From positions 1,248,001-1,312,000 of the forward strand of contig JASGHJ010000002.1 of assembly GCA_047602405.1 (NCBI GenBank): a DNA stretch of 64,000 nucleotides. The letters run 5' to 3'. This document shows positions 1-10,741 of this stretch, one piece after another. A program made the translations under genes and the position numbers. Below the pieces are notes generated by a model. It was not told the DNA's origin, did not search any database, and saw only the letters and a program-made list of their open reading frames with translations. Each line of letters begins with the position of its first letter. Positions within the stretch are counted from its first letter, which is position 1. The DNA is from Anaeromyxobacteraceae bacterium (lineage in GTDB: Bacteria; Myxococcota; Myxococcia; Myxococcales; Anaeromyxobacteraceae).

Positions 1-1
1 G

Positions 2-553
2 GCGCCGGCCGCCGCGGAGTCCGCCGCTGCGCCCCCCGCCGCGGGCCCGGCCACGACCGAGGCGCCCTCCGCCGCCGCGCCGGTCGGCTCCGCGCCCCTC
101 GCCGTCGCGGCCGCGCCGGCCGTGGTCCCCGCGCCGGGGTCCGCGCCCGCGGCCGCCCCGGCCCCCGCGCCCGCCCCGAAGCCGCAGACCGCCGCGCAGC
201 GCTACCGCGCCGGGGTGGGGCTCATCGGCAGCCGCGACTACGCGGGCGCCGTCGCGGAGCTCAGCGAGGCGATCGCGCTCGATCCGCGCCTCGCGGTCGC
301 GTACGCGGCCCGGGCGAGCGCGCGGTTCGGCCTCGGCAAGTACCGGGAGGCGGCCGACGACTACAAGGCGTCGATGGGCCTCGATCCGGGCCTGGCCACG
401 CCGCTCTACGGGCTCGCCGAGTGCTACCGGCAGCTCGGCGATCCGGCGGCGGTCGAGATGTACCAGCGCTACGCCGAGTCGAAGGCGCCGGACGCGCGGG
501 AGGACCTCCGCGCGGTCGCCGCGAAGCGCGCCGCCGAGCTGTCCGGGAAGTAG
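2..553 (+). CDS. TPR-repeat protein, 5'-truncated, Ala/Pro-rich linker
   Basis: Frame is open from the window start. TPR-like helices (DYAGAVAELSEAIALDPRLAVAYAARASARFGLGKYREAADDY). Confidence 0.8.
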   Translation, partial: APAAAESAAAPPAAGPATTEAPSAAAPVGSAPLAVAAAPAVVPAPGSAPAAAPAPAPAPKPQTAAQRYRAGVGLIGSRDYAGAVAELSEAIALDPRLAVAYAARASARFGLGKYREAADDYKASMGLDPGLATPLYGLAECYRQLGDPAAVEMYQRYAESKAPDAREDLRAVAAKRAAELSGK

Positions 554-627
554 TCGGTACCCTCCTTCCAAGCCCGCGTCGCGAGGCCGGTCTGGCCGGC
601 CGCGGGGGCCGGGCGTACACTTTTCAC

Positions 628-1041
628 GTGCCGGCGCGCACCTTCAGGACGCGCCTCTCGCTCCGCCTGGCGGTCGCGGCCGCCGGGCTGCTGTGGGCGG
701 GCGTGCTGGTCGTGCTCCTGCTCTCGCCGGGGGCGGGGCCGGAGGCCATCTTCGGCGCCGCGGTGTTCACCGCGTTCTTCGCCGGGTTCTCGTTCGTCTA
801 CCGGCGCACGACCATCACCGTGACGAAGGACGGCATCGTGGCGACGGCGCCGCTCCGCCAGCCGCGGACGATGGCGTTCCGGGACATCCTCGAGGTCGTC
901 GTGCAGGACGGCCTCGCCGGGCGCGTCTACGCGATCTGCACGCGCGCGGGCCTCGTCCACTTCACGAGCCTCTTCGGGGGGCACCTCGAGCTCTTCGAGC
1001 TCATCCGCGAGCGCGCCGCGCTGGCGCCGCGCGGGCGGTAG
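628..1041 (+). CDS. Small membrane protein (2 TM + PH-like C-terminal domain)
   Basis: GTG628 is preceded by TACACT at 6 nt. Two hydrophobic segments, then TTITVTKDGIV...FRDILEV. Confidence 0.65.
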   Translation: MPARTFRTRLSLRLAVAAAGLLWAGVLVVLLLSPGAGPEAIFGAAVFTAFFAGFSFVYRRTTITVTKDGIVATAPLRQPRTMAFRDILEVVVQDGLAGRVYAICTRAGLVHFTSLFGGHLELFELIRERAALAPRGR

Positions 1042-1071
1042 CCGGGGCCCGCTCGAAGGACGCCCGGTGGC

Positions 1072-1863
1072 TCACGGCAGCGCCGCCGCCGCGAGCGCGG
1101 CCGCCCCGAGCGCGAGGAGCACCGCCGCCGCGGCGAGGCCGTGACCGCGACCGGGCGGGCCGTGCGGCGCCGGCCCCGCGGGCGGGGCCGGCGGCGGACC
1201 GGGAGGGTCCCCGCCCTCGAGCGCGACGGTGGTCCCGCCGAGGAGCAGCTCGTCGCCCGGAGCGAGCGGCACGGGGCGGCGCTCCACCCGGACGCCGTTC
1301 ACGCGCACGCCGTTCTTCGAGCCCAGGTCGAGCACCGTGGCGCCGCGCTCGCGGGGGGCGACGCGCGCGTGCCGCCGGGAGAGCTCGGGGTCGGGGAGCC
1401 GGAGCCCGGCGCCGCGCCCCCGGCCGACGACCACCGCGCCGCGCAGGGGCGTGCGCGCGCCCGCGAGCGGCCCGGTCAGGACGACGAGCGCGGGCCCGTG
1501 CGGCGCGGCCCCGGCGAGCAGCGCCCCCGCGGCCGCGCGCGTGCCGCCGGCCTCGCCGGCCCCGGGCGCGGTCCCCTCCGCGAGCGCGAGCTCGGCCCCG
1601 GCCGCCTCGGCGCGCTCACCCGGCCGGAGCAGGCGACGGCCGCCGGGCGGCACGGCGTGCCCGGCGACGCGCACCCCCGGGATGGTGGCGGTCACGACCA
1701 CGCCCGCCGGGCACGGCTCGAGGCGCAGGGCGGCGGGCGGGAGGCCCGCGATCCGGAGTGCGTCCGCGACCGAGCCGCCGGCCGTGGCCGCCGAGGCGAG
1801 CTCCACCTCCTCCCGCGGCGCGTCGCGGGCTCCGAAGGCGAGGCGGTGCGCTCCCCGGGGCAT
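1072..1863 (-). CDS. FHA-domain protein with C-terminal TM helix
   Basis: FHA signature VVGRG...DPELSRRHARV...DLGSKNGVRVNG; hydrophobic C-terminus. Confidence 0.85.
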   Translation of the reverse strand: MPRGAHRLAFGARDAPREEVELASAATAGGSVADALRIAGLPPAALRLEPCPAGVVVTATIPGVRVAGHAVPPGGRRLLRPGERAEAAGAELALAEGTAPGAGEAGGTRAAAGALLAGAAPHGPALVVLTGPLAGARTPLRGAVVVGRGRGAGLRLPDPELSRRHARVAPRERGATVLDLGSKNGVRVNGVRVERRPVPLAPGDELLLGGTTVALEGGDPPGPPPAPPAGPAPHGPPGRGHGLAAAAVLLALGAAALAAAALP

Positions 1864-2016
1864 CGCTCAACCCGTCTCCACGGGCCGTGCCACGCGCAAG
1901 TGCGCGAGACTCCGGGCCCGGCCGCTCGGAGGGCGGTCCGCGCGGCGGACGCCCGGTCTCCGGCGCGGACCCTGCCGCGGCGCGCGGGTGGAATAGCTCG
2001 GCGGGCTGGCGGGGGC

Positions 2017-2268
2017 TCAGGCGTGCACGTCCCACCGGCTCTCGGCGTGCGAGCGCTCGGAGGGGTCGCCCAGGAAGCGCAGGTAGCCCTGCAGCTCGAG
2101 CGTGTCGACGAGCTCCTCGGCCTCCATGTCGGAGACGGAGAGCTCGTCCCGGACGACGTCGCGGAAGTAGCTGCGCCCACGCAGGTAGCCGACCGGCGGG
2201 TCGTTGGGCGGGATCCGCTCGCGGATGCGCGCGGCGAGCTCCGCGAGATCGACGTCGTCGATGGGCAC
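2017..2268 (-). CDS. Small hypothetical protein (possible winged helix)
   Basis: 83 aa with protein-like composition and GC3 bias; EAEELVDTLELQGYLRF. Confidence 0.65.
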   Translation of the reverse strand: MPIDDVDLAELAARIRERIPPNDPPVGYLRGRSYFRDVVRDELSVSDMEAEELVDTLELQGYLRFLGDPSERSHAESRWDVHA

Positions 2269-2276
2269 GCCCGAAC

Positions 2277-4599
2277 CTAGGGCGCCTCCCGCAGCACCGC
2301 CAGCGGGTCGAGCACGTCATCGGCGTGCACCCGCCGCACCGCCCGGCCGTCCGACAGGAGCCGGACCGCCCCCTCGTCCGTGCGCAGCACCACCGCCCCG
2401 CCCGCGCGCCAGCGCGCGAGCGCCTCCGCGTGCGGGAAGCCGTACCGGTGCTCGGCGGAGTTGCTCACCACCGCGAGCCGCGGCCCCCATTCACCGGACA
2501 GGGTCGCCGCGACGAACGGCCCGGTCGAGGAGCGCCGGCTGCCGTGGTGCGGGATCTTCACGACGGTGGAGGCGAGGCCGCCCCGCGCGATCGCGAGCGC
2601 CTCGCCCTCCGGCTCGACGTCGCCGGGGAACAGGAACGAGGTCCCGCGGTAGGTCACCTTCAGCACGAGCGACGCGTCGTTCTCGATGAGCCCCTCCCGC
2701 GGACCGCCGAGGACCTCGAGCCGCACGCCGGCGCGCTCGATGAGGGCGCCCGGCTCGAGCGCCTCCGGGTGGAGCCGCTCGAGCAAGGCGCGCGTCTCGC
2801 CGCCGCCGAGCTGGCCGTTCGAGAGGAACCGGCCCACGGGCAGCGCGTCCGCGACCGCGGCCATCCCGAGCGCGTGGTCGGGGTGCGGGTGGGACACGAA
2901 CGCGAGCGCGACCTCCCGCACGCCGAGGTCGCGCAGCAGCGGCACCACGTCGCGCGCGCCCGGGTCGGGGCCGCCGCCCGGCGAGCCGCCCGCGTCGACG
3001 AGCACCGCCGCGCCGTCCGGCAGCCTGAGGAGCGCGGAGTCGCCGTGCCCGACGTACAGGAAGGTGACCTCGAGCCCGCCGCGGGCGCGCGCGGCGGCCG
3101 CCCGGAGCGGCCCGGGCAGGGCGAGCGCGAGCGCCGCGCCGGCCCAGGCGAGCGCGCGCGCCCGGCCGCGGAGCCGCGTGCCGAGCGCCGCGAGCGCATA
3201 ACACGCGACGGTGAAGCCCAGCCCGGGCGCCGCGAGCCCCACGACCGACCAGCGCGGGGCCGCCGCCGCGTCGGAGAGCGCGAGGAGCGCCCAGGCGAGG
3301 GGCCGCGCGAGGAGGAGCACGGGGGCGGCGAGCCCGGGGGAGGCCGAGGCGAGGAGCGCCGCGATCGTGGCGAGCACGGTGAGCCCCGCGCCGATCGGCA
3401 CGCCCGCGACGTTCGCGAGGAGCCCGAGCACGGGGAGCTGGCGGAAGTGCGTCGCGAGCACGGGCGCGGTCGCGAGGGAGGCCGCGACGCTCGCGCATCC
3501 GCCCGAGACGAGCGGCTCGACGAGGCGCGCCCGCCAGCTGCCCCGCGGCGGCGGCGCCCACGGCAGGGCGCGACGGAGCGGCCCGGACCAGAGCACGAGC
3601 CCCGCCACCGCGCCGAAGGAGAGCTGCATCGACGGATTCGAGCGCCGAGCCCGGGTCGCCGGCGAGGAGCACGATGGCCGAGAGCGCGAGCGTGTCCGCG
3701 GCGCGCGGCTCGCGGGAGAGGAGGGTGCCGGCGAGCGCGACCCCGGCGGCGAACGCCGCGCGGAGCACCGGGACGCCGGCCCCGGTCGCGACCGCGTAGG
3801 CGAGCGTGACGGGGAGGGCGACCGCGGCCGCGAGCCGGCGCGGATCGGCCCGGGCGGCGATCCCGTCGCTCCGCACGAGCAGCCCGCGCAGGAGCCGCTC
3901 GAGGCCGAGCGCGACCACGACGAGGTGCAGCCCGGAGACGGCGAGGATGTGGGCGAGGCCGCTCCGCGCGAAGGACCGGACGGTCTCGGGGTCGAGGGCG
4001 CCGCGATCGCCGGTGCCGATGGCCCGGACGAGCGCCGCCTCGCGGGGCGGGAGCGCGGCCCGGGTGGCCTCCGCGAGCCGCTCGCGCGCCCGCTCGAGCC
4101 AGGCGACCGGGCTGGGGGGACCGGTCCGGACGAGGGGCCCCACCGCCTGGCCGGTCCAGGTGACCCCGCTCGCGGCGAGCCGGGCGGCCGCGTCCCGGCC
4201 GCCCGGGTTCCGGGCCGGCGCGGGGGCCTTCAGGGTCGCGGCGAGAAGGACCCGGTCGCCGAGGGCCAGGGGGTGAGGGATGGGGCGGGCGCCGAGCTCG
4301 GCGACGGTGCCGTCGGCGGTGCGCACGCGGAAGCGGATCCGGTCGCCCAGGCGGTCGGGGACGGTGACCACCCGGCCCTCGAGCCGGACGGGGCCATCGG
4401 GGGTGGGACCGGGGGTGCGTGCCCTGGAGGTGCCGGCGGTCCACCAGCCGGCCGTCAGGAACGCGAGTGGCGTCAGGGGTGGGACGAGGACGAAGGCGAG
4501 GGCGGCCTGGCCACCTGCGGGGAGGGGCGGGCCGAGGAGGCCCAGGCAGACTCCGGAAAGGAAGCCCAGGGCGGCCCGGGCGAGGGGCGAAGGGGTCAT
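2277..4599 (-). CDS. comEC: ComEC/Rec2 DNA-uptake protein (competence domain + metallo-beta-lactamase), split by a +1 frameshift at ~3637
   Basis: GLAHILAVSGLHL motif, VGHGDS, SHPHPDH, KIPHHGS. Removing one base at 3637 restores ...SALDPSMQLSF. Confidence 0.9.
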
Positions 4600-4656
4600 C
4601 CTGCCCCCGGGCGCGGCGGTACTCCGTACCGCCGCGAGGGGAAATCCCCTGTGATA

Positions 4657-4685
4657 TTGAAAATGTCCGAACGTTCTGCTATGTT
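4657..4685 (+). promoter_or_regulatory. Sigma70-type promoter of the carD/cdnL operon
   Basis: TTGAAA-17 nt-TATGTT with extended -10 TG, in an AT-rich patch. Confidence 0.6.
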
Positions 4686-4772
4686 CCGCCGACTGAGCTC
4701 CCGCCCCGGAGGCCAAGTCGGCCCCCCGGGACGACCCGCCGCATCGGCCGGGCCGTGGGAGCGGAGGAGTGA

Positions 4773-5312
4773 ATGTCCGCACCGCAGGGAGCACCCGCAG
4801 CACCGGCAGCCACCCCCGTCCCGGCGCCGACCTTCAAGGTCGGTGACAAGGCCGTCTACCCCGGCCACGGCGTCGGCGAGGTCATGGGGATTGAGCACAA
4901 GGAGGTCGCCGGCCAGCGGCAGTCCTTCTACGTGCTCCGCATCCTCGAGAACGGGATGAAGATCATGATCCCGATGAACAAGGTCGGCTCGGTCGGCCTG
5001 CGCGAGATCATCGGGGAGAAGGACGTGCGCCGGGTCTACTCGATCCTCCGCGAGAAGGAGGTCTCGGTCGACTCGACGACCTGGAACCGCCGGTACCGCG
5101 AGTACACCGACAAGATCAAGACCGGCTCCGTCTTCGAGATCGCGGAGGTCCTGCGCGACCTCTACCTCATCCGCTCCGACAAGGACCTCTCCTTCGGCGA
5201 GCGCAAGATGCTCGACACCGCCCGGTCGCTGCTCATCAAGGAGCTCGCGATCGCGAAGGCGTGTAACGAGGACGACGTCGAGGACGATCTCAAGAAGATC
5301 TTCAACACCTGA
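4773..5312 (+). CDS. cdnL: CarD/CdnL family RNA polymerase-binding regulator
   Basis: FKVGDKAVYPGHGVG...TWNRRYREY..KIKTG...LSFGERKML; synteny with ispDF-cysS. Confidence 0.93.
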   Translation: MSAPQGAPAAPAATPVPAPTFKVGDKAVYPGHGVGEVMGIEHKEVAGQRQSFYVLRILENGMKIMIPMNKVGSVGLREIIGEKDVRRVYSILREKEVSVDSTTWNRRYREYTDKIKTGSVFEIAEVLRDLYLIRSDKDLSFGERKMLDTARSLLIKELAIAKACNEDDVEDDLKKIFNT

Positions 5313-5471
5313 GCCCCTGGCCGTCCGCCGCCGAGAGGCGGCGGCGCCGGAGCTCCGAGATCGCCTCGAGCGGCCGCCGCGCGGACCCTGGTCCGTGCGG
5401 CGGTCCTGCTTCGGGGGTCCGGGGGCTGGATCCGGGGCCATGACGCGCTGTAAAGCACGGGCGGTGCCAAC

Positions 5472-6674
5472 GTGATCGCAGGCGAGAAGGTGACCGGCAT
5501 CGTGGCGGCGGGCGGCTCCGGGCTGCGCGCCCGGCCGGACGCGGAACGCGCCGGCCAGGGCGCGACGACCGCGAAGCAGTGGCTCGTCCTCGGGGGCGAG
5601 ACGGTGCTCCGCCGGTCCGCGCGCGCGCTCGCGGCGTGCCCGCTCGTGGACGAGCTCGTGCTGGTCGTCCCTCCGGGCGAGGAGCCCCGGGCGGAGGCCG
5701 AGCTCGCCGGGCTCGGGAAGCCGGGCCGGGCCGTCGCCGGCGGCGCCGCGCGGGCCGACTCGGTCAGGAACGGCCTCGCCGCGGCCACGGGCGCGGTGCT
5801 GCTCGTGCACGACGCCGCCCGGCCGTTCGCGACCGCGGCCCTCGCCGCGCGCGTGGCGGAGGCCGCGGCGAGGGACGGCGCGGCGCTCGCCGCCGTGCCG
5901 GTGACCGACACCGTGAAGCGGGCCGCCGCGGGCGCGACGGCCCTCGAGGGCGGCGCCGTCGCGGCCACGCTCGACCGCAAGGAGCTCTGGCTCGCGCAGA
6001 CGCCGCAGGGGTTCCGCAGGGAGCTCCTCGCGCGGGCCTTCGAGGCGGCCGGCGCGGACGCCGCGCTCGCCACCGACGAGTGCGCGCTCGTGGAGCGCCT
6101 CGGGGAGCGGGTGACGCTCGTGCCGGGAGAGCCCGGGAACTTCAAGATCACGGGGCCGGGCGACGTCGCGCGGGCGCGCGCGCTCGTCGAGGCGCCGGTC
6201 GCCGTGGGCGTCGGCTACGACACGCACCGTTTCGCGGCCGGCCGGGAGCTCATCCTCGGCGGCGTGAAGTTCGAGGGCGACGGGCTCCTCGGCCACTCCG
6301 ACGCCGACGCCTGCGCGCACGCCATCGGCGACGCGATCCTGGGCGCCTGCGCGCTCGGCGACCTGGGCCGCCACTTCCCGGACACCGACCCCCGCTGGAA
6401 GGGCGCCTCGTCGCTCGACCTCCTCCGGCACATCGTGTCCCTCGCCGCCGAGCAGGGGTGGGCGGTCGGGAACGCCGACGTCACGCTCGCCGCGAAGCGC
6501 CCGAAGATCGCGCCGGCCTCGGCCGCGATGCGGGAGAAGCTCGCCCAGGCCCTGGGGGTCTCGCCGGCGCAGGTGAACGTGAAGGCCACCACCGGCGAGG
6601 GCATGGGCTTCGTCGGCCGGGGGGAGGGCATCGCCGCGACGGCGGTCGCGCTCCTCGTGAGGAGGCCCGCATGA
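5472..6674 (+). CDS. ispDF: Bifunctional IspD/IspF
   Basis: AAGGSG, LVHDAARPF, AQTPQGF (IspD); GYDTHRF, GHSDAD, VNVKATTGEGMGF (IspF). Confidence 0.93.
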   Translation: MIAGEKVTGIVAAGGSGLRARPDAERAGQGATTAKQWLVLGGETVLRRSARALAACPLVDELVLVVPPGEEPRAEAELAGLGKPGRAVAGGAARADSVRNGLAAATGAVLLVHDAARPFATAALAARVAEAAARDGAALAAVPVTDTVKRAAAGATALEGGAVAATLDRKELWLAQTPQGFRRELLARAFEAAGADAALATDECALVERLGERVTLVPGEPGNFKITGPGDVARARALVEAPVAVGVGYDTHRFAAGRELILGGVKFEGDGLLGHSDADACAHAIGDAILGACALGDLGRHFPDTDPRWKGASSLDLLRHIVSLAAEQGWAVGNADVTLAAKRPKIAPASAAMREKLAQALGVSPAQVNVKATTGEGMGFVGRGEGIAATAVALLVRRPA

Positions 6675-6696
6675 CCGGCGGCGGGTGGAGGGCGGC

Positions 6697-7305
6697 ATGA
6701 GCCACGATTGCGAGGAGGACGCGTTCTTCGACGGGAAGGGTCCGGACGCGACCCCGGGCGACCCGCCGCCGCCCCGGCGGCGCTCCTCGGCGCTCTTCTC
6801 GCGCAGCCCCGCCATCGCGGTGCTCGCGCTCGCGGTCTCGACGTGGCTCCTGTGGGACCTCGCCCCGGAGGTCTCGTACTACTTCTCGGCGCAGGAGCCG
6901 ATCGACCTCGGCAGCCCCGGCGCCTACCGCCTCTCCGACGCCCGCGAGAACCGGCTCGTGCAGATCCGGGGCGAGCTCGTGAAGGCGGTGCCGGTGACCG
7001 TCGCCCGCACCGGCGACGCGCGCACCATCGGCATCGTGGCGGGGACGAACCTCGTCGTGGACCGGCCCGGCCGCGGCGGCCCGCCGGTGTACGAGGGGCG
7101 GCTCATGCCGGCGAAGGCGCGCGGCGACTACGCGGCGGCCGTGAAGGTCATGCGCGAGAAGGGCGCCGAGCTCGGCGACGCCTGGCTCGTGCTCCGCGAC
7201 GGGGAGCGGCCGCGCCGGGTCTGGCCGCCCGTCCTCGGGACCGCGCTCCTCCTCCTCATCGTCGCCGTCAACGTGCGGGCCCTCGTGAAGGCGCTCGCCT
7301 CCTGA
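6697..7305 (+). CDS. Hypothetical membrane protein (N- and C-terminal TM)
   Basis: ATG6697 follows GGAGGG; two hydrophobic helices; lies within the ispDF-cysS operon. Confidence 0.7.
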   Translation: MSHDCEEDAFFDGKGPDATPGDPPPPRRRSSALFSRSPAIAVLALAVSTWLLWDLAPEVSYYFSAQEPIDLGSPGAYRLSDARENRLVQIRGELVKAVPVTVARTGDARTIGIVAGTNLVVDRPGRGGPPVYEGRLMPAKARGDYAAAVKVMREKGAELGDAWLVLRDGERPRRVWPPVLGTALLLLIVAVNVRALVKALAS

Positions 7306-7328
7306 CCACCAGCACGCACCGAACCACC

Positions 7329-8768
<1,440 letters not shown>

Positions 8769-8849
8769 CGCCTGCGGCCCGCCGGTCCTGTCGGACCCGT
8801 TCGTCCCGAGCGCAGGCCCGCGGAGCGGGCCGGAGACGAGGGACGGGAC

Positions 8850-9035
8850 TCACTCCTCCGGGATGGGCTGCGGCCCCGGGATGATGCCGGCGATGTCGGG
8901 GTCCACGCCGGGATCGGTCGGGCCCTTGTTCTCCTTCTCCTGCTTCCGCTGCTCGCGGCGCGCGTCCTTCTTCTCGCGCTTCTCGCGGCGGGCGGCTTCC
9001 TTCTGGCGCTTCGTGGCTCCGGGGTGGAAAGCCAT
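8850..9035 (-). CDS. Small charged protein downstream of the cold-shock gene
   Basis: Strong SD (GAGGAGG) before ATG; 61 aa Lys/Arg/Glu helix followed by DPDIAGIIPGPQP. Confidence 0.75.
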   Translation of the reverse strand: MAFHPGATKRQKEAARREKREKKDARREQRKQEKENKGPTDPGVDPDIAGIIPGPQPIPEE

Positions 9036-9073
9036 GGTGTCCTCCTCTTCGCTGCACTTCTCGGAAGCAGCCT

Positions 9074-9102
9074 AAATGGAAAGCCCGGCCGATGGGCCGG
9101 GC
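9074..9102 (-). terminator. Intrinsic-terminator-like hairpin after the csp gene
   Basis: On the minus strand, GCCCGGCC-CATC-GGCCGGGC followed by TTTCCATTT. Confidence 0.55.
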
Positions 9103-9137
9103 CTCCCGGGAACCGCGGTGTCGGTCGCGGTCTCTTA

Positions 9138-9338
9138 CTACACCGGCCGGACGTTCGCGGCCTGGAGGCCCTTCGGACCCCGCTTCACCTCGAACTCGAC
9201 CCGCTGCCCTTCCTGCAGGCTGCGGAAGCCCTCGGACTGGATGGCGGTGTGGTGGACGAACACGTCCTCCCCGCCCTCCTGGGAGATGAAGCCAAAGCCC
9301 TTCGCATCATTGAACCACTTCACGGTACCAACGGCCAT
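9138..9338 (-). CDS. csp: Cold-shock protein (CspA family)
   Basis: [15 protein letters not shown]...DVFVHHTAI...KGLQAANV. Confidence 0.97.
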   Translation of the reverse strand: MAVGTVKWFNDAKGFGFISQEGGEDVFVHHTAIQSEGFRSLQEGQRVEFEVKRGPKGLQAANVRPV

Positions 9339-9468
9339 CTGCGCACTTCCTTGTTGATCTCTCGGCCGGACTGCCCGGCCGAGGCCCGCCCAGTTCCGGG
9401 CCGGGACCGCGGCAAATTAATCGTTCTCAGGGTCCTTGTCGAGCCAAAGCCCCGGTCGGGCCACGGGG

Positions 9469-10689
9469 TCAGTTCCAGGTACCCGTGGTGGGCGCGTTCG
9501 CCGGGCAGGCCTCCTGGCACGCGTTCAGGCTGGTCGCGACGCCCACCTTCCCCTGGGCGGGGTCTGCCGAGTTCGTGCCCCAGCACCACACGCCGCAGGC
9601 GCCGCTCGAGGTCTTCCAGGCGATGCACGCCGGCGAGGAGCAGATGAAGGTGCTCCCGCTCTCCTGGAGCGTGCCGACCGACGACCAGCTCGCCGCCGCC
9701 GCGAGCGCGGCGGCGCGGGTGTAGGTGCGCAGCGGGTTGCAGTCGAAGTACGCGCCGCCGAGGCCGTTCGAGTGCTGCGTCTGGCAGGCACCGCCCGGGC
9801 ACACGGTGCAGCACGCGCCCGCCTTGCAGGCCTGGCCGGCCCCGCAGGCGTTGCCGCACGCGCCGCAGTTCGTGGCGGAGGTCTGGCGGTTCACGCACGC
9901 GCCGCCGCAGAGGTCCGGCGCCGTCTGGGGGCAGACGCAGGTGCCGTTCGTGCAGGCCGCGCCGGTCGCACACCGGCTGCCGCACGCCGAGCAGTTGGCC
10001 GCGTCGTTCGTCACGTTCACGCAGGCGGTCGAGCAGGCGGTCGGCTTCGCGGCGGGGCAGGCGCAGCTCCCCCCGGCGCAGACGGAGCCCGCGAGCGGGC
10101 AGGCCTTCCCGCACGTGCCGCAGTTCACGGCGTCGGCGAGGAGGTTCACGCAGGAGGGGAGCACCACCACCGGCGGGTCGCAGAGGTCCGGCTTCGAGGG
10201 CGGGCAGGTGCAGGTGCCCGCCGCGCAGCTCGCGCCCACGCGGGTGCACGGCGTGGTGCACGCGCCGCAGCTCGTCGGGTCGCTCGAGAGGTCGCGGCAC
10301 TGGGGCTCGACGCCGGCGCAGTCGGTCGCGCCGGGGGTGCACACGCAGGCCCCGCCGACGCAGGTCCCGAGCGCGGCGCCGCTCGCCGTGCACCGGTGGT
10401 TGCAGGCGCCGCAGTTCTGCGGGTCGGAGGTCACGTCCGCGCACCGCTGGCCCGTGCCGGTGTTGCACGGCGCCTGGCCCGCCGGACAGGCGCACTGACC
10501 CGCGGAGCAGGTCGAGCCGGACGGGCACACGTGACCGCACGCCCCGCACGCGTCGAAGGCCGTCTCGAGGTCCTTGCAGAGCCCCCCGCAGGCGGTCTGC
10601 CCGGAGGGGCAGGAGACGACGGAGTCGCCGCAGGCTGCGAGGCCCAGAACGGCGAGTCCCAGGACGGCGGCGAGGGCGGCGCGGCGCAT
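9469..10689 (-). CDS. Cysteine-rich repeat lipoprotein (myxobacterial type)
   Basis: Lipobox LGLAAC; six D-x-x-NCGACGxxC-like repeats. Confidence 0.85.
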   Translation of the reverse strand: MRRAALAAVLGLAVLGLAACGDSVVSCPSGQTACGGLCKDLETAFDACGACGHVCPSGSTCSAGQCACPAGQAPCNTGTGQRCADVTSDPQNCGACNHRCTASGAALGTCVGGACVCTPGATDCAGVEPQCRDLSSDPTSCGACTTPCTRVGASCAAGTCTCPPSKPDLCDPPVVVLPSCVNLLADAVNCGTCGKACPLAGSVCAGGSCACPAAKPTACSTACVNVTNDAANCSACGSRCATGAACTNGTCVCPQTAPDLCGGACVNRQTSATNCGACGNACGAGQACKAGACCTVCPGGACQTQHSNGLGGAYFDCNPLRTYTRAAALAAAASWSSVGTLQESGSTFICSSPACIAWKTSSGACGVWCWGTNSADPAQGKVGVATSLNACQEACPANAPTTGTWN

Positions 10690-10713
10690 GCGCCAAACTA
10701 TACCCGCAGCGTG

Positions 10714-10735
10714 TGTCGGGGGGAGCCGTTAGAAG
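10714..10735 (+). promoter_or_regulatory. PafBC/RecA-NDp-like promoter of uvrB
   Basis: TGTCGG-GGGGAGCCGT-TAGAAG, 6 nt before GTG10742. Confidence 0.55.
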
Positions 10736-10741
10736 GAGGGC

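Noticed and set aside
2277..4599. comEC (and cysE, GH94, GH144-like, TBDR) as true pseudogenes or programmed frameshifts
   Set aside because: Single-base indels share a sequence context, with no other decay and no slippery heptamers; sequencing artefact is more parsimonious.
9469..10689. Periodic repeats as a CRISPR or DNA repeat array
   Set aside because: The repeats are degenerate at DNA level and encode Cys-rich protein repeats.
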